Below are positions 29,436-46,301 of a stretch of 64,000 bases of DNA, piece by piece. The first letter of the stretch is position 1; every line of letters begins with the position of its first letter. Both the position numbers and the translations under genes were made by a program. Below the pieces are notes generated by a model. That model did not search any database and was not told where the DNA came from. It worked only from the letters and a program-made list of their open reading frames with translations. Origin of the DNA: the human T2T-CHM13v2.0 reference genome, Homo sapiens; NCBI RefSeq assembly GCF_009914755.1, contig NC_060936.1. The stretch is one strand, 5' to 3'.

Positions 29436-32400
29436 AAACAAAAGTAACAGTTTTCTCATTTTTAAAAGTTTTGTTAAGATCTGTTAATGATTCACAAAGA
29501 AATAGTACTTGGGTATATTTGAAATTAGTATTTATTCATTTATGTTGATAAGTGAAAATGCAAGATGGTTATCAAGATGGAAGTACTTAATATGTATATT
29601 TTAATATTCTTAGATGCAGATAACTTCACTTTTGATGTATTTTTATTTTGTCTCAGTTTCATTTCAACTTACGTTTAAGGGGTTCTTGATAATCTGACAT
29701 GATAAGTGGTGTTGGAATTGGCATTAAAATCCACCATGCTCTACAGCACTTCATCCTTCTTCGGCAGGCACCAATTTGATCTTCTACTACTTTGCAGACA
29801 TCTCTTCTGCAAACACCAGACAAACTGAGACAATGAACTTCCGCAGGACCCAAAGCACCTCTTACTGCAGGAAAGAAGATCCAGTGAGATAGTTAGTCCA
29901 CAAATGGAATGTCAATCCATAAACACACTTAAGTAACAGAATAAATTTAGTATGAGCGTTTTTATGTGGGAGCTCTTGAAATGGTTGCTGCTCATATGTC
30001 AGAGACATATGCAGTTTAAGAAAGGTAGCAGTTCCAATCCTGGTTTGGCCCAACAGTCACTGCATTTTTGGTGGGGAAAAGGGATGTGGGAGGAGATGGT
30101 ACATCTTCATCTTTTTCTCTGGGTTTTCTGTCAGAAAGGGATGTTGCTTACTCCAGTGGCAAAAAATGCCAGTGTCTTCTGCCAGAGTGGGTTACTGAGG
30201 GCCATGGTGGTTCCACCTTGTGGCTGATACAGATAGTCCCTTTCTGCTTTTGTTTCTAGCCAAAAAAGATGTTTCTCGCATCTCAGGTATGCAGACTTCA
30301 GCAGCTGTTTTTTCTATATGGCTATTTTTTTTTTCTTTCACTCTCTCTTTCTCTCTTTTTTTTTTGTTGGCTTCACTGTGTTGCCATAGTTTCTTAAATG
30401 GTCCCTTGAACCCTCCCAGAGCTATTTTGGTTTGTACATAACTATCTATATATTTTTTTCTTGGGGGGAGTGTGTAGAGCTAAAGGCTGGTATATCCTGC
30501 TCCTGCTCCCCGAAAGTGACGTTATTCCCCCAAGCTAATATTTCAGGCTTTCAATTTATTCATGCTTTCATCTGTTTAAACATAAGTAGAAATTACTTTT
30601 TCTCTCCACATTTAGATTTGATCTATCTACTTTAATTGCTAATAGTGTCTTAGTCATAGAATAGATTAGTTAGAAAAAAGTGTTTTTGACATTATAAATG
30701 ATTCTTTCAATTTGTGTCTAAAAGTGGAAAATACTAGAAAGCTTAACATTTATTATTGTATTCAGACCAGTATTTCCTCCAGATGACCTTTATTACAACA
30801 AAGATAATTTAATGAAGATCTCTCTAATGGTAAAGCTGATGGCTTTGTGCTATTACAATATCCTTCAAATAAAGTGACGATCTGGTGGAAAGAACAACTA
30901 AAGCAAGGATTAGGAAGAAAACAGTTAATACCTTCATTTTGGTCTCACTCTGCATTAAGAGTTTTCATTGTGTTAAGGATTTATTATACATTAAGTAATT
31001 TAATGTTCATTTAATAATAAATGGATCCTATTAAATATGATTTTTAAAATTATAATCACATTACTTTTATTCACATCTGTCTACTGATGCCATTCCTAGA
31101 TGAGAATGATATAACATTATTTTTTTTTTCATTTTGCCACATCTTTACTTACTTAGGTTTATGCTGTATCAAACAATGTATGTGTGGGAGTAATGATGAT
31201 TCAGGAATGCATGAGGAGGAGGTTTAAGCTCTTTAACCTTGAACAATTAAAATTAGCAACATAATATTGAAATACATACATAACACTCAAATGGTACTTT
31301 CAAAATAGTGTATATTTCCTCTGTTTATTTGTAGCTTTTAAACCCAGCTAGAAGCATTCTATTTCCTTTAGGCACCATAAGTCTGAAAGTCTGTAGTGAA
31401 AACTACAAGTAGTAAATGATACTAATTCATGTGCTCCCACCTGTGGAAGAATTGAATGTCTTAGATAAAAAAAGATGGTGCAATTGGTGTACAAAGTATC
31501 TAGAATACAATTTGGTGGTGGTTTTTCTGTTTCCATAGCAGAGTAACATATATAATATTCCCCTTTCATCAAGTTATTTAAATATGCCTTTGAACGGGGA
31601 GAATTGAAAATAATACTGTGAATCCTGGTAAACATTTTAAAATAATGAGAAGAATATTGCCTTTAAAAAGTCAAAATTTGTCTGATTACAACCCATATAG
31701 CAATTTCATAGCAAAACACTTCCTTCAATCCTATTAAAATCAGAAGGAAAAGAAGAATACCCACTGTCAATGTTATATTAATATAGTTCTAAAAGTTTTG
31801 GACAATGAAATATGTTGTAAGAAGAGAAGTCAGGGGAGACTTGAGCCCATTGTTTTCCCTCTCCTTCTATACCTCCCAAAATACCACTGGAATGTTGTAA
31901 CATTTTGAAGAATCTATAGCAGTGTCCCAAATCATAGAACAGTATGAATACATCTGAATCTGAGATATCTCCGAAAGGTACAATATATGTGTGATTAGAA
32001 TGAAAGAAAGATTTAGGCTTTTGGCCATGACTGCAAGTTAGCTGGTCTCAAATGACTGCTGCTATTGAACAAATACATTTTAGAGGATCTCTTTGAAACA
32101 TTTCTATTCTTGAAAACGGTTAGGCAAGTTTTTAAAATATCTCCTTTTTCAAACACAAAAATAGTCTGTGAACTGGAGCTTGAGCACTGGGCACTTTGTA
32201 TTGGCTAGCTGATGGAGGGGTGTGAGGGTTTCCCAGATCTTCTGGGAAGATCTGCTATTATCAGCAATGCTAATGGTGGTACTACTGACTCTTGGGCCAT
32301 CAGAAATTCCAGTTCGTTAATCCTGGAACTTCTATATTGAGATAAAGCATTGAGTCAGTTTCACAGAGGAAGTTTGGATAATAGCATTCTCATTTCAGAC

Positions 32401-32654
32401 CATAGAATGATGGCAGATTAAGGATGAGCAATGAGTTCAGTATTAAAAATGATCAGGTAAGCAAGACACCATGAATAAAAGTTAATGAAATGAATAGCAC
32501 ATTTAAATCTTTGAAAACTAAATGTATTGAAATTGTCAATGTGGAGAAATAATTAAGCAGCTGTGTATCGATTGTTTAAAGAAACAATCTACTATTACAA
32601 AGATGTAAAAACAATAGTAAAACAATATAGATGATAGAAAAAATGGGCAGGTCT

Positions 32655-32994
<340 letters not shown>

Positions 32995-34019
32995 TTAAAA
33001 ATAAATGCAAGTTATTAATGATATATTAGATATAGGTAACAGGATAATTAGTAAAGAAAAAAATGCTTAAATGATATACCCAGAATGTAGCATGGAAACA
33101 CAAGGTCTAACATTTATTTAATTCAAATATGGGGGGAGAGAAGCGTAAGAGGATTCACCGTTTCAAGAGAGTCTCAAAAGAAATTAGGAAAAAGTATAAA
33201 TCCATGGATTCAAAGAACGTATTTCTAACAGATGATATAAAAATAAATTCACATTAGTTAAATTATAAATTATAAAACATTAAAACCAAAGACCAGACCA
33301 TACAAACATTGAAAAAAGGGCAATTTATAATGAAATAATATTTATCTGATTATTATAATAAGGCAAAAACTAAAAATGAGTAAACTAGTATCAACAAATA
33401 TTGAGAGAAAATAACTGTTAGTATAGAACTGGGTACTCAGTAATGCTGTCTTTCAAGAACAAAAATAACAATATGAAATTGACAGATAAAAACTAAAATT
33501 GTTCACTATCAAGAGATCTGCAGCAAATAAAATTTCAAAGGCTATATATCAGGAAGAAAGAATTTAACCCAAAAGCTGATCTCAGAGTCAACTTGGAATT
33601 CCATAAATATCACTAAACTGATGATAATAGTAATACTTTCTGACATGGGGGGATTCTGAAAAGAAGTGAACTTTTACTTTTGTTTAGAGTTTAGAAAGCT
33701 ATAGAAAAATGCTCTTGCCCTGACCAAGAGAATAAGCTGGATAATCTATAGATCATAGATTTCATTTTAAAAGACAGAGCTGAGGTCTCAAAAAAAGCTA
33801 ATTAACTTAAATTCAGAGTAATGAAGCCCTACTGAAAAAAGAACGGATCCACAGATGATTTGTGTGTACCTGAGTTGCAGCAGCAGAAGCAGGAGGAAGC
33901 TGCCCTTGATGGAGATAAGAAGGAAACAAGTGAACCTCAAGCAAATGTTGAAAGGCTGAATGTGGGCTTGTGATAGTTTAGCATCTGTAGGGGCCCAAAC
34001 ACACTCACTCACTCACTAA

Positions 34020-34420
<401 letters not shown>

Positions 34421-34889
34421 ATGGTTTTTTCATGACCTATCTTGTGTGCTCCTAGGTAAAATCAGATGGAGAGCAGGAGAACTTCCTGCGACACTTTTGA
34501 GGGACAGGCATGTAGGAACTGCTGCAATTTGAGGTCGGAGAAAGGTAAAGGTCGCACTGTGAGAATCGGGGAAAATCCTCTGTTACTGGGGAGTGGGTTG
34601 GGGAGCTGAGAGAATCCCCCCTTCACTCTCTTTTCTCACAGGTGCATAAGAAGAGAGGCCTGATGAGGTCTGAAGGCAGGGGAGGGCAGGTAGCTGAGAG
34701 AAGTAGATTTTCTGGTCTTTCACTGAGTGTGAGGCAGCTACTGCCCGTGGTTGGGCAAGGGATGGGAGCCCTGAGAGATTCTTGAGGTGCAGAGATAGAG
34801 GCTTGCTGAAGATGAAAGTGGACAGGAAAGCTAAGAGAGGCTCCAATGCTGACCATGGCACTCTGCAAGAAGAGAAAATCTGTATGTAG

Positions 34890-35640
34890 AGGTTTCTGAG
34901 GGAAAATCGTGAGTTCAGTTTTGGATATATATTACTTTTGAAATCAAGTGTCCAAGTAGATATATCAGTTATGCCGTTAGATAATTTATTATAAGCCTGG
35001 AGTTCAAAAGGAGGTCCAAAAGGAGAATTGAAAGGGATGAGACTTGCTGAGCCCCTCCAAAGAGTGTGTGGTGAGGGAGAAGAGAAGAGGACCAGGAACT
35101 GAGCTCTGGAGCTCTCCTATAGGAGGTGTCATGCAAAAGATGAGGAAGAAACAAAGGAAGCCGAAGTGGTAGCTCCAGTGAGACAGGCTGAGAATCAAGT
35201 GAATGTGCCATCCTGGAAGCCAAGTGAAGAAATTATACTGTGAAGAAGGTAGTGATTATTTGTGTCAAATGCTGCTAATAGGCCAATTAAAGTTATAGTG
35301 AAAAATGATCATTGGATCTAGCAATGTGGAGATTATTGGTAACTTTGACAAAAGTGGTGTCAATATCATGATCGAAAAAGGGGGAGAGAGCCTGATTGGG
35401 ATATATTTAAGAAACAATGAGAGGAGACGAATTGAAGAAAGAGAGTATGGACAACTATTTTAAGATGTTTTGCTGAAAAGTAGAGCAAAAAATGGGATGA
35501 CAGCTGGCATCAGAAGAAAAGCAAGGACATTCTTTTTCTTAGATCAGAAAAACAACAGCATATTTGTATGCTGATGGTAATAATTTACTAGCATCAAAAT
35601 TGATGACATAGTCGTGATATAGTGAACTGCAACAGGAAAA
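34890..35640 (-). mobile_element. L2 fragment
   Basis: gagttcagttttgga..., gtcaaatgctgct and cattggatctagcaatgtggag are typical reverse-strand L2 motifs. Confidence 0.7.
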
Positions 35641-38600
35641 TCCCCAAGTACACAGCAAAGAGGGAATATAATACACAAATTTAAAAATTATTTGAATCTC
35701 TGAAACATCTGTTTTGATATTAACCTTTCATTCCTGCAATAGTTATTTTAAGCATGTTCTCATTTTCTCTTGTTCAGTGTTGCCAGGTTATTATAAAGTG
35801 TATTAGACTTTTTGAAAAACATTTTTAAAAATACTAGTTTTTTCTCATTTGTTTCATTAATTTATATTTTGTATTTATAATTTTCCCTTTATCTTCTTTA
35901 GGGTTATTATGCTGTTTTTTTTCCAAAAGCCCCCAAAATGCGTGCTTAGCCCATTAAATTTTAGCCATTTTTGTATTGAAAGTAATGTTACCCATTTCTG
36001 TGTGGTTACCTGTAATATACCGTGAGCAGCACTTCTTGGTGTCTTTGCTCCTTATTAATTCACTTGTCTGAAGTTCCTTTAACTCTGCTTTCTGGTCCTC
36101 AGTTTCACTTTGCAAATCATTTTTTATTCATAACCATATAAAACATAATTTATTTTGAAAAGTCTCTCATATAATTTTCACTTATTCTAGGATTATAATT
36201 TTTCCGTTTGTCTCTTAGAATAAAACTTTCAGATTTGTCAACACTCATTTAGCAGTAGCTCCTATTGATAGGATTCCATCCATCTCTTTTGACCTAGTAA
36301 GTGAATATAACAATAGATGCCATAGAAATTCAATCCTGTCAGATCTAACTGCCTACATATAAATTTCCATGTCCCGCAAAGGCATCTCATTGAGGTCATG
36401 TTCTGTTGTATCCTTACTTTGTATCTTGAGATGCTTGGTGGGGCATGGAAATTTATATGCAGGCAGTTTCATCTGACAGGATTGAATTTCAGCAGCATCC
36501 ATTATTATATCCACTCACTAGGTCAAAAGACATGGATGGAATCTTATCAACAGGAGCTACTGCTAAATGAGTCTCTTTTCTATTTTTCCCTATTATAATC
36601 CTAGTGAAGCTGTAAATATTAGGTTCTTGAACCCACAGGACTGATTCTAGGATCTTGTCTGGCCAGGGATATAGCCTTCTCATCTGCAGAACCTTATAGT
36701 AATCAGCTACCAACTTACCTGGGGATAAGAGAATTGAAAAAAGAAGGAGAATAAGGAGAAGCACATGGAGTCTCACGGCTGAAGGGCCAGCATCAATGTG
36801 GGTTGAGCCTGGATTCTCTGGGCATTGTGGGTCTGGGCCTTTTTATGATGCTCTCTGAGTCTGTGATTTGTTCTTGGTCAGTAGAGCCTAACGAAAAGAG
36901 AATAACTAAATCTCCCACAGGAAACTTCCAGGGACACACAAGTACATAAATGTGGTGATATCTCAATGGATGAGAAAGCAGGTGAATGCTATTTATTTCC
37001 CAAAGATTCAGGATGTCTTTATTGTCACCTGCTTTCTTTATTATTTTTGACATGCACATGCAATAATCATTGATCTCACTTTATACATCTATTGTTTGCC
37101 AGGCAATATAGTAGGAACTGAAGTAAAACTGTTATACACAAACAGTACATAATTAATGGATATAGTTTGGCAAGTTTGCACATATATATTATCTTGTTAC
37201 CACACCAATATCCAGGTAATAATATATCCATCACCTCCAAATGTTTCCTACGTCCCTTTGTTGTTGTTGTTGTTGTTGTCAGAACCCCTAAGATCGACCC
37301 TCTTAACAAATTGTTAAATACAAAGTACCTCATTGTTAACTATAGGTACTATGTTTTGGAGCCTATCTCTGTAATTGACTCATTTTGTATAGCTTTAACC
37401 CTTGAACAATAACTCCCCATATTGCTCTTTCCCCACTCAATAAAACACTAAACTCTTTTAAAGCACATTCTATATAATCCACTTTATGAAGCTTTTCCTA
37501 ACACTTTTTTATCTGTTCCCCCCCAGTAAAGGGAACTACTAATATAACAATTACCTATTTTGGATTATTGTGTCTTTTACAAACATTCTTTTATGAACCC
37601 ATTTAACACTTATCTCCCATTATCTTATTATGAAGTAAAATAAAACTTGACGTGATTTTAAAAACGAAATCACAAAAGGGCTTTGTAAAATTATGATGTA
37701 CCATTGCTTATTTGTAAGAATTCAAGTTACACTAGGGGTTTTTAAAAATCTTTTGTTTTTATTTGTTGCATATTGTAAGCACAGTGTCTTTTCCAGCTAT
37801 TTGCTTTGGGAAGAAAAGTTAGAGTTACAATGAACATCATAGGCTATCTTGTCTAGTCACTTACGTTACAGATGAGGAAATGAGCTGAGGGAAAGGAAGA
37901 AACTTGCCCAGGATCACCCAGTGATCTAGCGAGGAAGGCGATAGGGACAGCACTAAGGCTTGGTATTCTGAGCCTCATTCTATTTTCTCCTCTTGCCCCT
38001 TCTCTGTTTCCTCCTCTCTTCCCCAGCCTTCCAGAAAAACTTTACAGTTCTGCTGCAATGTCTACCTAAGGACATCAGAGGAGACCTCACTTTTCATTAG
38101 ACTGCTTTTTTAAGCACTGTCTTGCATTTTCTTCTTCAGTCTTGTTGTATCCCATTTTTGGCTATAAGTAATGCTTCTGCTGTGCTGTTCTATCCAATTA
38201 GTTTCTTCTATTTTCATTGAAAGAAAATTAAAACAAAAAACCTTTAGTTTATCTAAATTTGGAAGTTTTAAAACTTGATTAGAATTTCCTGGGATATGGA
38301 TGTAAGACATATATTTTAAAATATTTTTCATTTTCAAAATTAAAAATCAAACGCATATATTTAGCCGGGATGACTACTTGATAACTACTCATCAGATGGG
38401 TCTTCAGCAACACCACCAGGATAAAAATCTTATAAATCAATTCCCTGGTGTTATGTGCTACTGAGTTAACACAATTTGATATGGTATCACATTTAACCAG
38501 GCTTTACGGAGTCACACAAAGGAACAGCACAACAGAACCATAGGGTGGAATGTATAGGGAAAGCTGGGATGTAAAACCCAGCCTTGACTCTGACATTTAC

Positions 38601-39697
38601 TCCACTGTTGGGAAAAGCACTTCAGTTCCCAGAGCCTTAATATTTTCCTCTATAAAACAGGAAAAATAGAGCCATATTTAAGGTTTTGTCAAATCTTGTT
38701 GCTGAGTGATTTTACAGTGTCTGCAGCTATCCTCTCTGCTAATCATAACAAGGCTAACGAACTGTTCTTTTGTTTAGTTAAAGATATTTTTGCATTTGTT
38801 TACAAATTCTTATTCTTCCCTTCACAGAAAAGGAAACATTTTAAAGGTAATTTATAAAAGGTTAAGAGTCTCTTACATATCAACTCTTCGCAATGTGATA
38901 GAGTAGCTTAACCCCATCCCTAAGAGTATAGTTTCAGATCAGCCCCAAACCTATGTGGAATGTGGGATACAGAATATATTTCAAACACATGCAAAGGCAC
39001 ACACACGTGCGCACACACACACACACACACACCCAGTATTACCTAAGGCAGAGGTGCAGATGACAATCTTGGATAGACAGCTCAAAACTCTTAGTACTAA
39101 AATAATCCTAATAATAATTTTCCTTTCAAAGTCACCACCAACAATCAGATCTCTTAAGGGTTGGTGCCTTAGGTTTTCCAGCCTTGTGTATCTTTTGGCT
39201 TTCTTTTTTGGTTGTGTGCTATTTATGTCATAGAAAGAAACCTCTTCTTCATCCTATGCCAGTGCTGTATTGTAGGGGCTTGTTGACGTCTTCCTGGTAT
39301 GTAGCAATCCAGGTGACTGGCCTCGGGCTTCTTAAGAGCAAGGCCATCACATGCTTTTGTTCTTTGTCTGCTTGTTTCCTTGTAAGGGCCCCACATACAG
39401 TGGGCGCTTAACAAAAATTTGATCAACTGAACTCATTTTCCATCTCCGTTCTCTCCACTTCAATCTCTCCCTTTTACTTCTTCCAGATTAGTTTTCCTAC
39501 AGCAAAATGGGAATTGCCCAAAAACTGCCCTTCATCTTTATAACTTGAAGGATTCATTTACCCTAAGCCGTCCTTTTAAATTTACTATTACAGACTAGAT
39601 AGAAAAGTCTGGGTTCACCAAGAATAGGCATGTGTGCCACCATATTTTCTGTTGAAAACTTTGGAAAGTGTCTTTTAGCAAACAACATAAAGCATAG

Positions 39698-40083
<386 letters not shown>

Positions 40084-42499
40084 TTCCTTCCCCAACCTTG
40101 AAATCCTGAATTCAAAAGAAAATATGAGAAGATAGTTTGCCTCATATAAGGCAACAGGTTGCTTAATCTTTCTTGCCTATACACATTCAAGAGCTCCAGA
40201 AAACTTTCTGATCTACTTAGGATGCCTGATCATCTTCTTGGGTAAAAGCAATAAGTCCTACACAGAATCACCAAAACCATGTCTGTTCAAGGGGTCTTAT
40301 ACCTGTGATACATGATTGCATGCTCAATGCAGAAGGGCATGCTCTGTTGCAGGGTCATATCTGGTCATTGTGTTTAAGTTCTAATTTAGAAGACTAGTTG
40401 CTGAGGAGGAAGAGGGAAGGATAATGTTAGGAAATGGAATCAAACTTAAGGGGAAAAGTCCAGTACAGGGGACCAACAGTACTGAGGGGCAATAGGTTGA
40501 AGATTTCTTAGATTATTGCAATATTTCCAAGGAGACCCCCACGAATCCTTCCTGGCTGACCCCACCAAAGCTTTGGCATAGCCTTTATGCCAAATGTCTT
40601 AGACTAACTAACTTTTCCAAAAGAAAATAGAGGAGTTATGGAGACCAATATTTAGTAGAATAATGCCTGATTATTTTGCTTTTGAGGTCTAGTAACTGCT
40701 AGTAAACTTGCCTAATTAATTCACATTTAGAAGTAGAGTAAAGAGGGTTTCAAGCACTTGAAACACCACTGACTTCATTTCATGTGAGAGTTGCTATGGA
40801 GAGCTAATGAACTATGAGGCTGCAGGTCTCTCAGCCAATAGGTCTTCTAGATTTCCTATGTGACTCCCTTTTCTGGTCATAGGCGATTTTGCTTTTGCTT
40901 TGAGTGTTATAGCACCATAAGGTGTCAGACACTCTACTCTTACCAAGTCTTACACAAAGTTTATCTTGTTATTTGGTGGAGCTTGGCTCATAAAAAAAAA
41001 AAAAAGAGAGAATGATAAAGAGGAGGACAGCAATCCTCACGGCTGAGGAAAGAAGAAAGCTTGGCTTTATTTCCAGTAGGCAGAGAAAACTTCCGTCTGT
41101 GACTCTCTAGCACCAGTGGAATGTCTCTGTTTGGATAATAAGTGTCCTTCCATACCTCATTAGGCATATTCACAGAGATGTACTGTGCACACAAAATAAC
41201 CTTCATGGGACGACTGAGAGTCCATGTTTTATTGGACACTAAGTTCATTAGAATGATGTGGGTGCACAGTTTTGACCAGAAAACCTTGTTAAATGGGAAC
41301 ATAAGCTACAAATATTTTGGCAAAAGATTAAGGTTTATGGACAAACAACCATTTATATTAAGTTACAATTAATTAGGCCATGTTGAGAAACCTTTTAGTT
41401 TAGTTAATGATTAGACATTTTGTTAGTGAACACTTCCCAGATTTTACTAGCCCTATTAATCCCCACTTTGCCCCTGGTCTGAACCCCCACAGTGCCTTGT
41501 TTATGGTACAGTGCCTACTGCCTTGTATGTTAGATTAGTGAACGTATATTTGCCTCCTCTACTACTGAAGGAGCTTCTTGTTTGCCAGGACAGGGCTATA
41601 TTCCTCAGAGCTGAGGAGGAGTTGAATCATGTGGTCATTTATTCTCAAATCCTCTTCATCAAGTGAAGCAAAACAGGACAGTGAAAAGTCACTGCACATG
41701 GAAGCAGGAGGTCTGGATTTCAGTTCTAAATCTCTAGATCTATTACTAACTGGAGGTATGGATAGAGTCAGGAAAATTTTCTTCCTTAAGTCTTGATAGC
41801 ACCTATGTAGGTCCAGATCCGTTGGACCTAGATAAGGGGATTCTCAATAATTACTGTGCATAAAATCAACTGAAAGAGTTAGTTTGCAATGCAGATTCTT
41901 AGCCCCATTCTATGAAATTTTTACTGTTTCATAAATTGATAAATAATTTTTATTAGACAATGTAAATTTCCTTACTTGTACCAGCATACAAAAATATTGA
42001 GAAATATTAGCAGCAGAATCTTTCAACAAAATAACTATGTATAGCTATTAAACCACTTTGTTTCACTGCTTTTTATTTTCTTTTATTTATCACTATTGTC
42101 TTCATTATTATCATCACACATTATTGAACACCCATCATGGACCATATGGCATAAACATTGTTTCTGCTCATAAGGAGTATGTATTCTCTACATGTTTATA
42201 AAATTAATGCCTGAATAAGTTTGATTAAACAAGGCAGAAGTTGATTTCTTTTTCACTTAAAATTAACCTGTAGTTATACCATTCAGGGCTAGTACAGATA
42301 CTTTCTAATATCATTAGGGATGCAGGTCCCTTCCAGCTCTCTGCTCTGCTATACTTTAGAAAAGGTCCTAGTTTGGCTGATAAATTCCCACCTATTATTT
42401 CTGAATTCTAGACAGCAGGGAGAAAAAAGGCATGAGAGAAGGGCAAAGGAACATCTACCCTTCCTTTTTAAATTTTTTAACCAACCCCCCTTAAAAACA

Positions 42500-43830
42500 C
42501 TTTGTTGAGACATGATTACATTCAAAAAGCTGTACCTATTTAATGTGTATATCTCAGTGAGTTTGAGAATAAGGGTACATTGTGAAAGCATCACTGCCAT
42601 CAAGATTATAAACATATTCATCACCTCCCAAAGTTCTCCCTCCCATTCTAATTATTATTTTTATTGGTAAGAATAATTAACATAAAATTCACCCTCCTAT
42701 TATATTTTAAGTATGCAATACAGTATTCATAGCTATAAGCACTATGCTGTAAATTAGACCTCCTGAACTTATTTATGTGGTATATCTAAAACTTTGTACT
42801 ATAATCACACCTACACACTTACCTGCACCACAGCTCCTGGCCAGTCTACCCTCTGCTTCTGAGTTTTTTTTTGAGATTTCAAATACAAGTGAAATCATAC
42901 AGTATTTGTCATTCTGTGTTTGGTTTATTTCACATGACTTCATGCCCTTCAGATCCATCAATGTTGTCACAAATGACAGGGTTTCATTATTATATAATAC
43001 TGAATAATATTCCATTGTGCATATATATATATAACATTAATTCAGCCGTCCATGAATGAATGATAACATGTATGACTTCTTCATAGATCTTGACTATTGT
43101 GAACAGTGCTGAAAGGAACATAGGAGCGCAGATATCTCTTTCACATACTGATTTCAATGACTTCATATATATATATTTACATATATATATATGGATATAT
43201 ATATTATATATAAAATAAGTGGGATTGCTGGAACAAAATGGTATTTTTATTGTTAATTTTTTGAGAAACCTCCATACTATTTTCCAAGGTGGCCGTACTA
43301 ATTTACATTCCCACCACCAGTATACAAAGGTTCCCTTTTCTCCACATCCTTACCGCCACTTGTTATCATCCATCTTTTTGATAATAGCTATTCTAACAGG
43401 TGTGAGGTGATATTTCTTGGTAGTTTTCATTTGCATTCCCGTGATGACTAGAGAGGGTAAGAATTGTTTATATATATGTTGTCCATTTGTATCTCCTTTT
43501 TCGAGAAATGCCTGCTCATATATCTTTGTTCATTTTTTACGTTTTTAATTTTTATTTTAGACACAGAGGATACATGTGCAGGTTTGTTACATGGATGTAT
43601 TGTGTGCTGCTGAGGTTTAGAGTATGAATGATCTCATCACACACGTAGTGAACATAATACCCAATAGGTAGTTTTTCAGGCCTTGCACCCAACCCTCCCT
43701 CCTCCCTCTAAGAATCTCCAGTGTCTGTTGTTTCCATATAAGTGAGAGCTAAACAGTGTATAACCCAATGTTTAGCTCTCACTTATACATGAGAATATGT
43801 AGTATTTGGTTTTCTGTTCCTGCATACCAC
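42500..43830 (-). mobile_element. L1MA-type 3' end followed by an L1PA 3' fragment
   Basis: L1 3' motifs (MEYYSVLYNNETLSFVTT-like peptide; tacatgtgcaggtttgttacat). Confidence 0.8.
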
Positions 43831-44735
43831 ACCACACTGGGCTAATTTTTGTATTTTTGGTAAAGATGGGGTAGCTTCAGCATGTTGGCCAGGCTGGTCT
43901 TGAACTCCTGAGTTCATGCGATCCACCCACCTCACAAAGTGCTGACATAACAGGCATGAGCCACTGCACCTGGCTTTTCTGAACTTTTTTAGCTTATATT
44001 AGGTTTGTCTGTTCTAGAATTTTGTATACATTTATTTATATTATAGGACACTTTTTAGCTTAGCTTTCCTCGCTCGGGGTTAGAAAGATTATATTGATCC
44101 ATGATCATGATGTCGATTCGTAGAGTTGATTATTCCCATTTATTGATAAATATTACTCTATAATATGCATATAATTTATCAATTTCCTCTCAATAGACAT
44201 TTGAGCTGTTCCCAGGCTTCAGCTATTGTTAATAGAACTCAAGGACACATTTTTAAAAGAAAAAATTTCAACCCAAAATGTCCTTTCCTTTTGGCTCTCC
44301 AATATTGTGTCAGAGTTATATTTTTGTTGTCTTGAAAATCCAATTACATTGAACAGGAGGTGTCTCTAGAATCAAGGTTCAGTATATGTGTGGTCTGGCT
44401 GTGTCCTGGAATGTAGCCCTTATTAGTTTTATTGAGCATTTTCCTATATAAATTGAAATCAAGTTGAAGACTCATTTTTCCACAGTAGGACAAATAGAAC
44501 AGTTTAGGACTTTGGAGAGATAGCAACTTGCTGCTTGCCTGTGCAACCCACCTCAAAAGATACAACTCCTCCAACTTTTGATTTCTGGTGACTTGTCCAA
44601 ACAATTAGATGTGAATTGACCTTATTCCCTTACATTACTACAAGTCGATCTTCTGCACCTGGCCAAATACAGTATAAAATTGATGAGCATACGTTTCTTT
44701 TAGTTTCATATTTTCTATTTAAAGCTACTCTCTTT

Positions 44736-45030
44736 GGCTGGGCACTATGGCTCATGACTGTAATCCCAGCAGTTTGGAAGGCCAAGATAGGTGGATCACT
44801 TGAGGCCAGGGGTTTGAGACCTGCCTGACCAACATGATGAAAGCTGTCTTTCCGAAAAATACAAAAATTTTCTGGGTGTGGTGGCACGTGCCTGTAATCC
44901 CAGCTACTCAGGAGGCTGAGGCAGGAGAATCACTTGAACCCAGGAGGCAGAAGGTGCAGTGAGCCAAGATCCCGCCTCTGCATTCCATCCTGGGTGACAG
45001 AATTAACCTCCATCTCAAAAAAATAAAAAG
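44736..45030 (+). mobile_element. AluS/J element
   Basis: Dimeric Alu with A tail. Confidence 0.9.
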
Positions 45031-45339
45031 CTAATCTATACTTTTCTTTTGGTGCATTATTAGAACATAGAAGGCAATAAGGCAAAACTATTGTGGGTAT
45101 ATTAGTGCGTATCTGTAGCACCTAGCACAGCGCCTAGCCCATAACTTGTGTTGAAAATTAAGAGAACCTTCTTAATATCACTTTTCCCCACTCTAGTTCT
45201 GAATTTAAAGAAAGAAAAAGGTAGGTTAGCAAATATAGGTATCAGTTATTTCTATTGACAGATCATTTGGAGAACATGTTTTTGGGCGTGGGAGAAAAAA
45301 GATTCCTAACTCTCCGCCCCAGAAATAATTTTGCTGACA

Positions 45340-45536
45340 CAAAAATCAGCCAGACATGGTGGCACAGGCCTATAATCCCAGCTACTTAGGAGGATGAGTT
45401 TGAGGATAAGGATACATTGTGAAAAAGGTGGGAAAATCACTTGAACACAGGAGGCAGAGATTGCAGTGAGCCAAGAGTGTCCCACTGCACTCCAGCCTAG
45501 GCAACAGAGAAAGACTCTGTCTGAAAGAAAAAAAAT
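45340..45536 (+). mobile_element. Alu right arm with a 30-bp foreign insertion
   Basis: Alu sequence interrupted at about 45395-45424 by sequence matching 42558-42587. Confidence 0.8.
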
Positions 45537-45936
45537 GTTGTTGCTATATAGCACATAATTTTATTGTCATCTCATTTAAAATTGAATAGTACATTTGGGT
45601 TGAATTTTTATGCCTGCAGAGACATTTGCTTCTTGCTTAAAATCGCTGGCTGTAGGAGGAAACTCCAGCAGAGGACATCATAACGATTTCATAGTGTCTA
45701 TGGTCATCTTGGTAATTCCTCAGATAATTCCTGGCAATTCTGTTAGGTCTTGAACTTCACTTACTTCTTACATGTTTAATAAAAAGAAGTTCAAAACATT
45801 GCCAGGGCTGTTGAATTCCCACAGGCTTGTCTTCCCTTTAAAATTTATCACATGGTTTGTACTCCTTTGCAGATATAATACGTAAGTTTGGAGGTGGATG
45901 CTTTCAGCCATTAAGTTCAAAAGTACTGCCACAAGG

Positions 45937-46301
<365 letters not shown>

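Larger units (their letters stand above)
9800..30600 (+). ncRNA. FAM66C: FAM66-family lncRNA locus (boundaries approximate, exons not resolved)
   Basis: Inferred from position between ZNF705A and DEFB109/FAM90A1, the CpG island, and a strong candidate exon at 18530-18593. The end coordinate is a guess. Confidence 0.55.
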
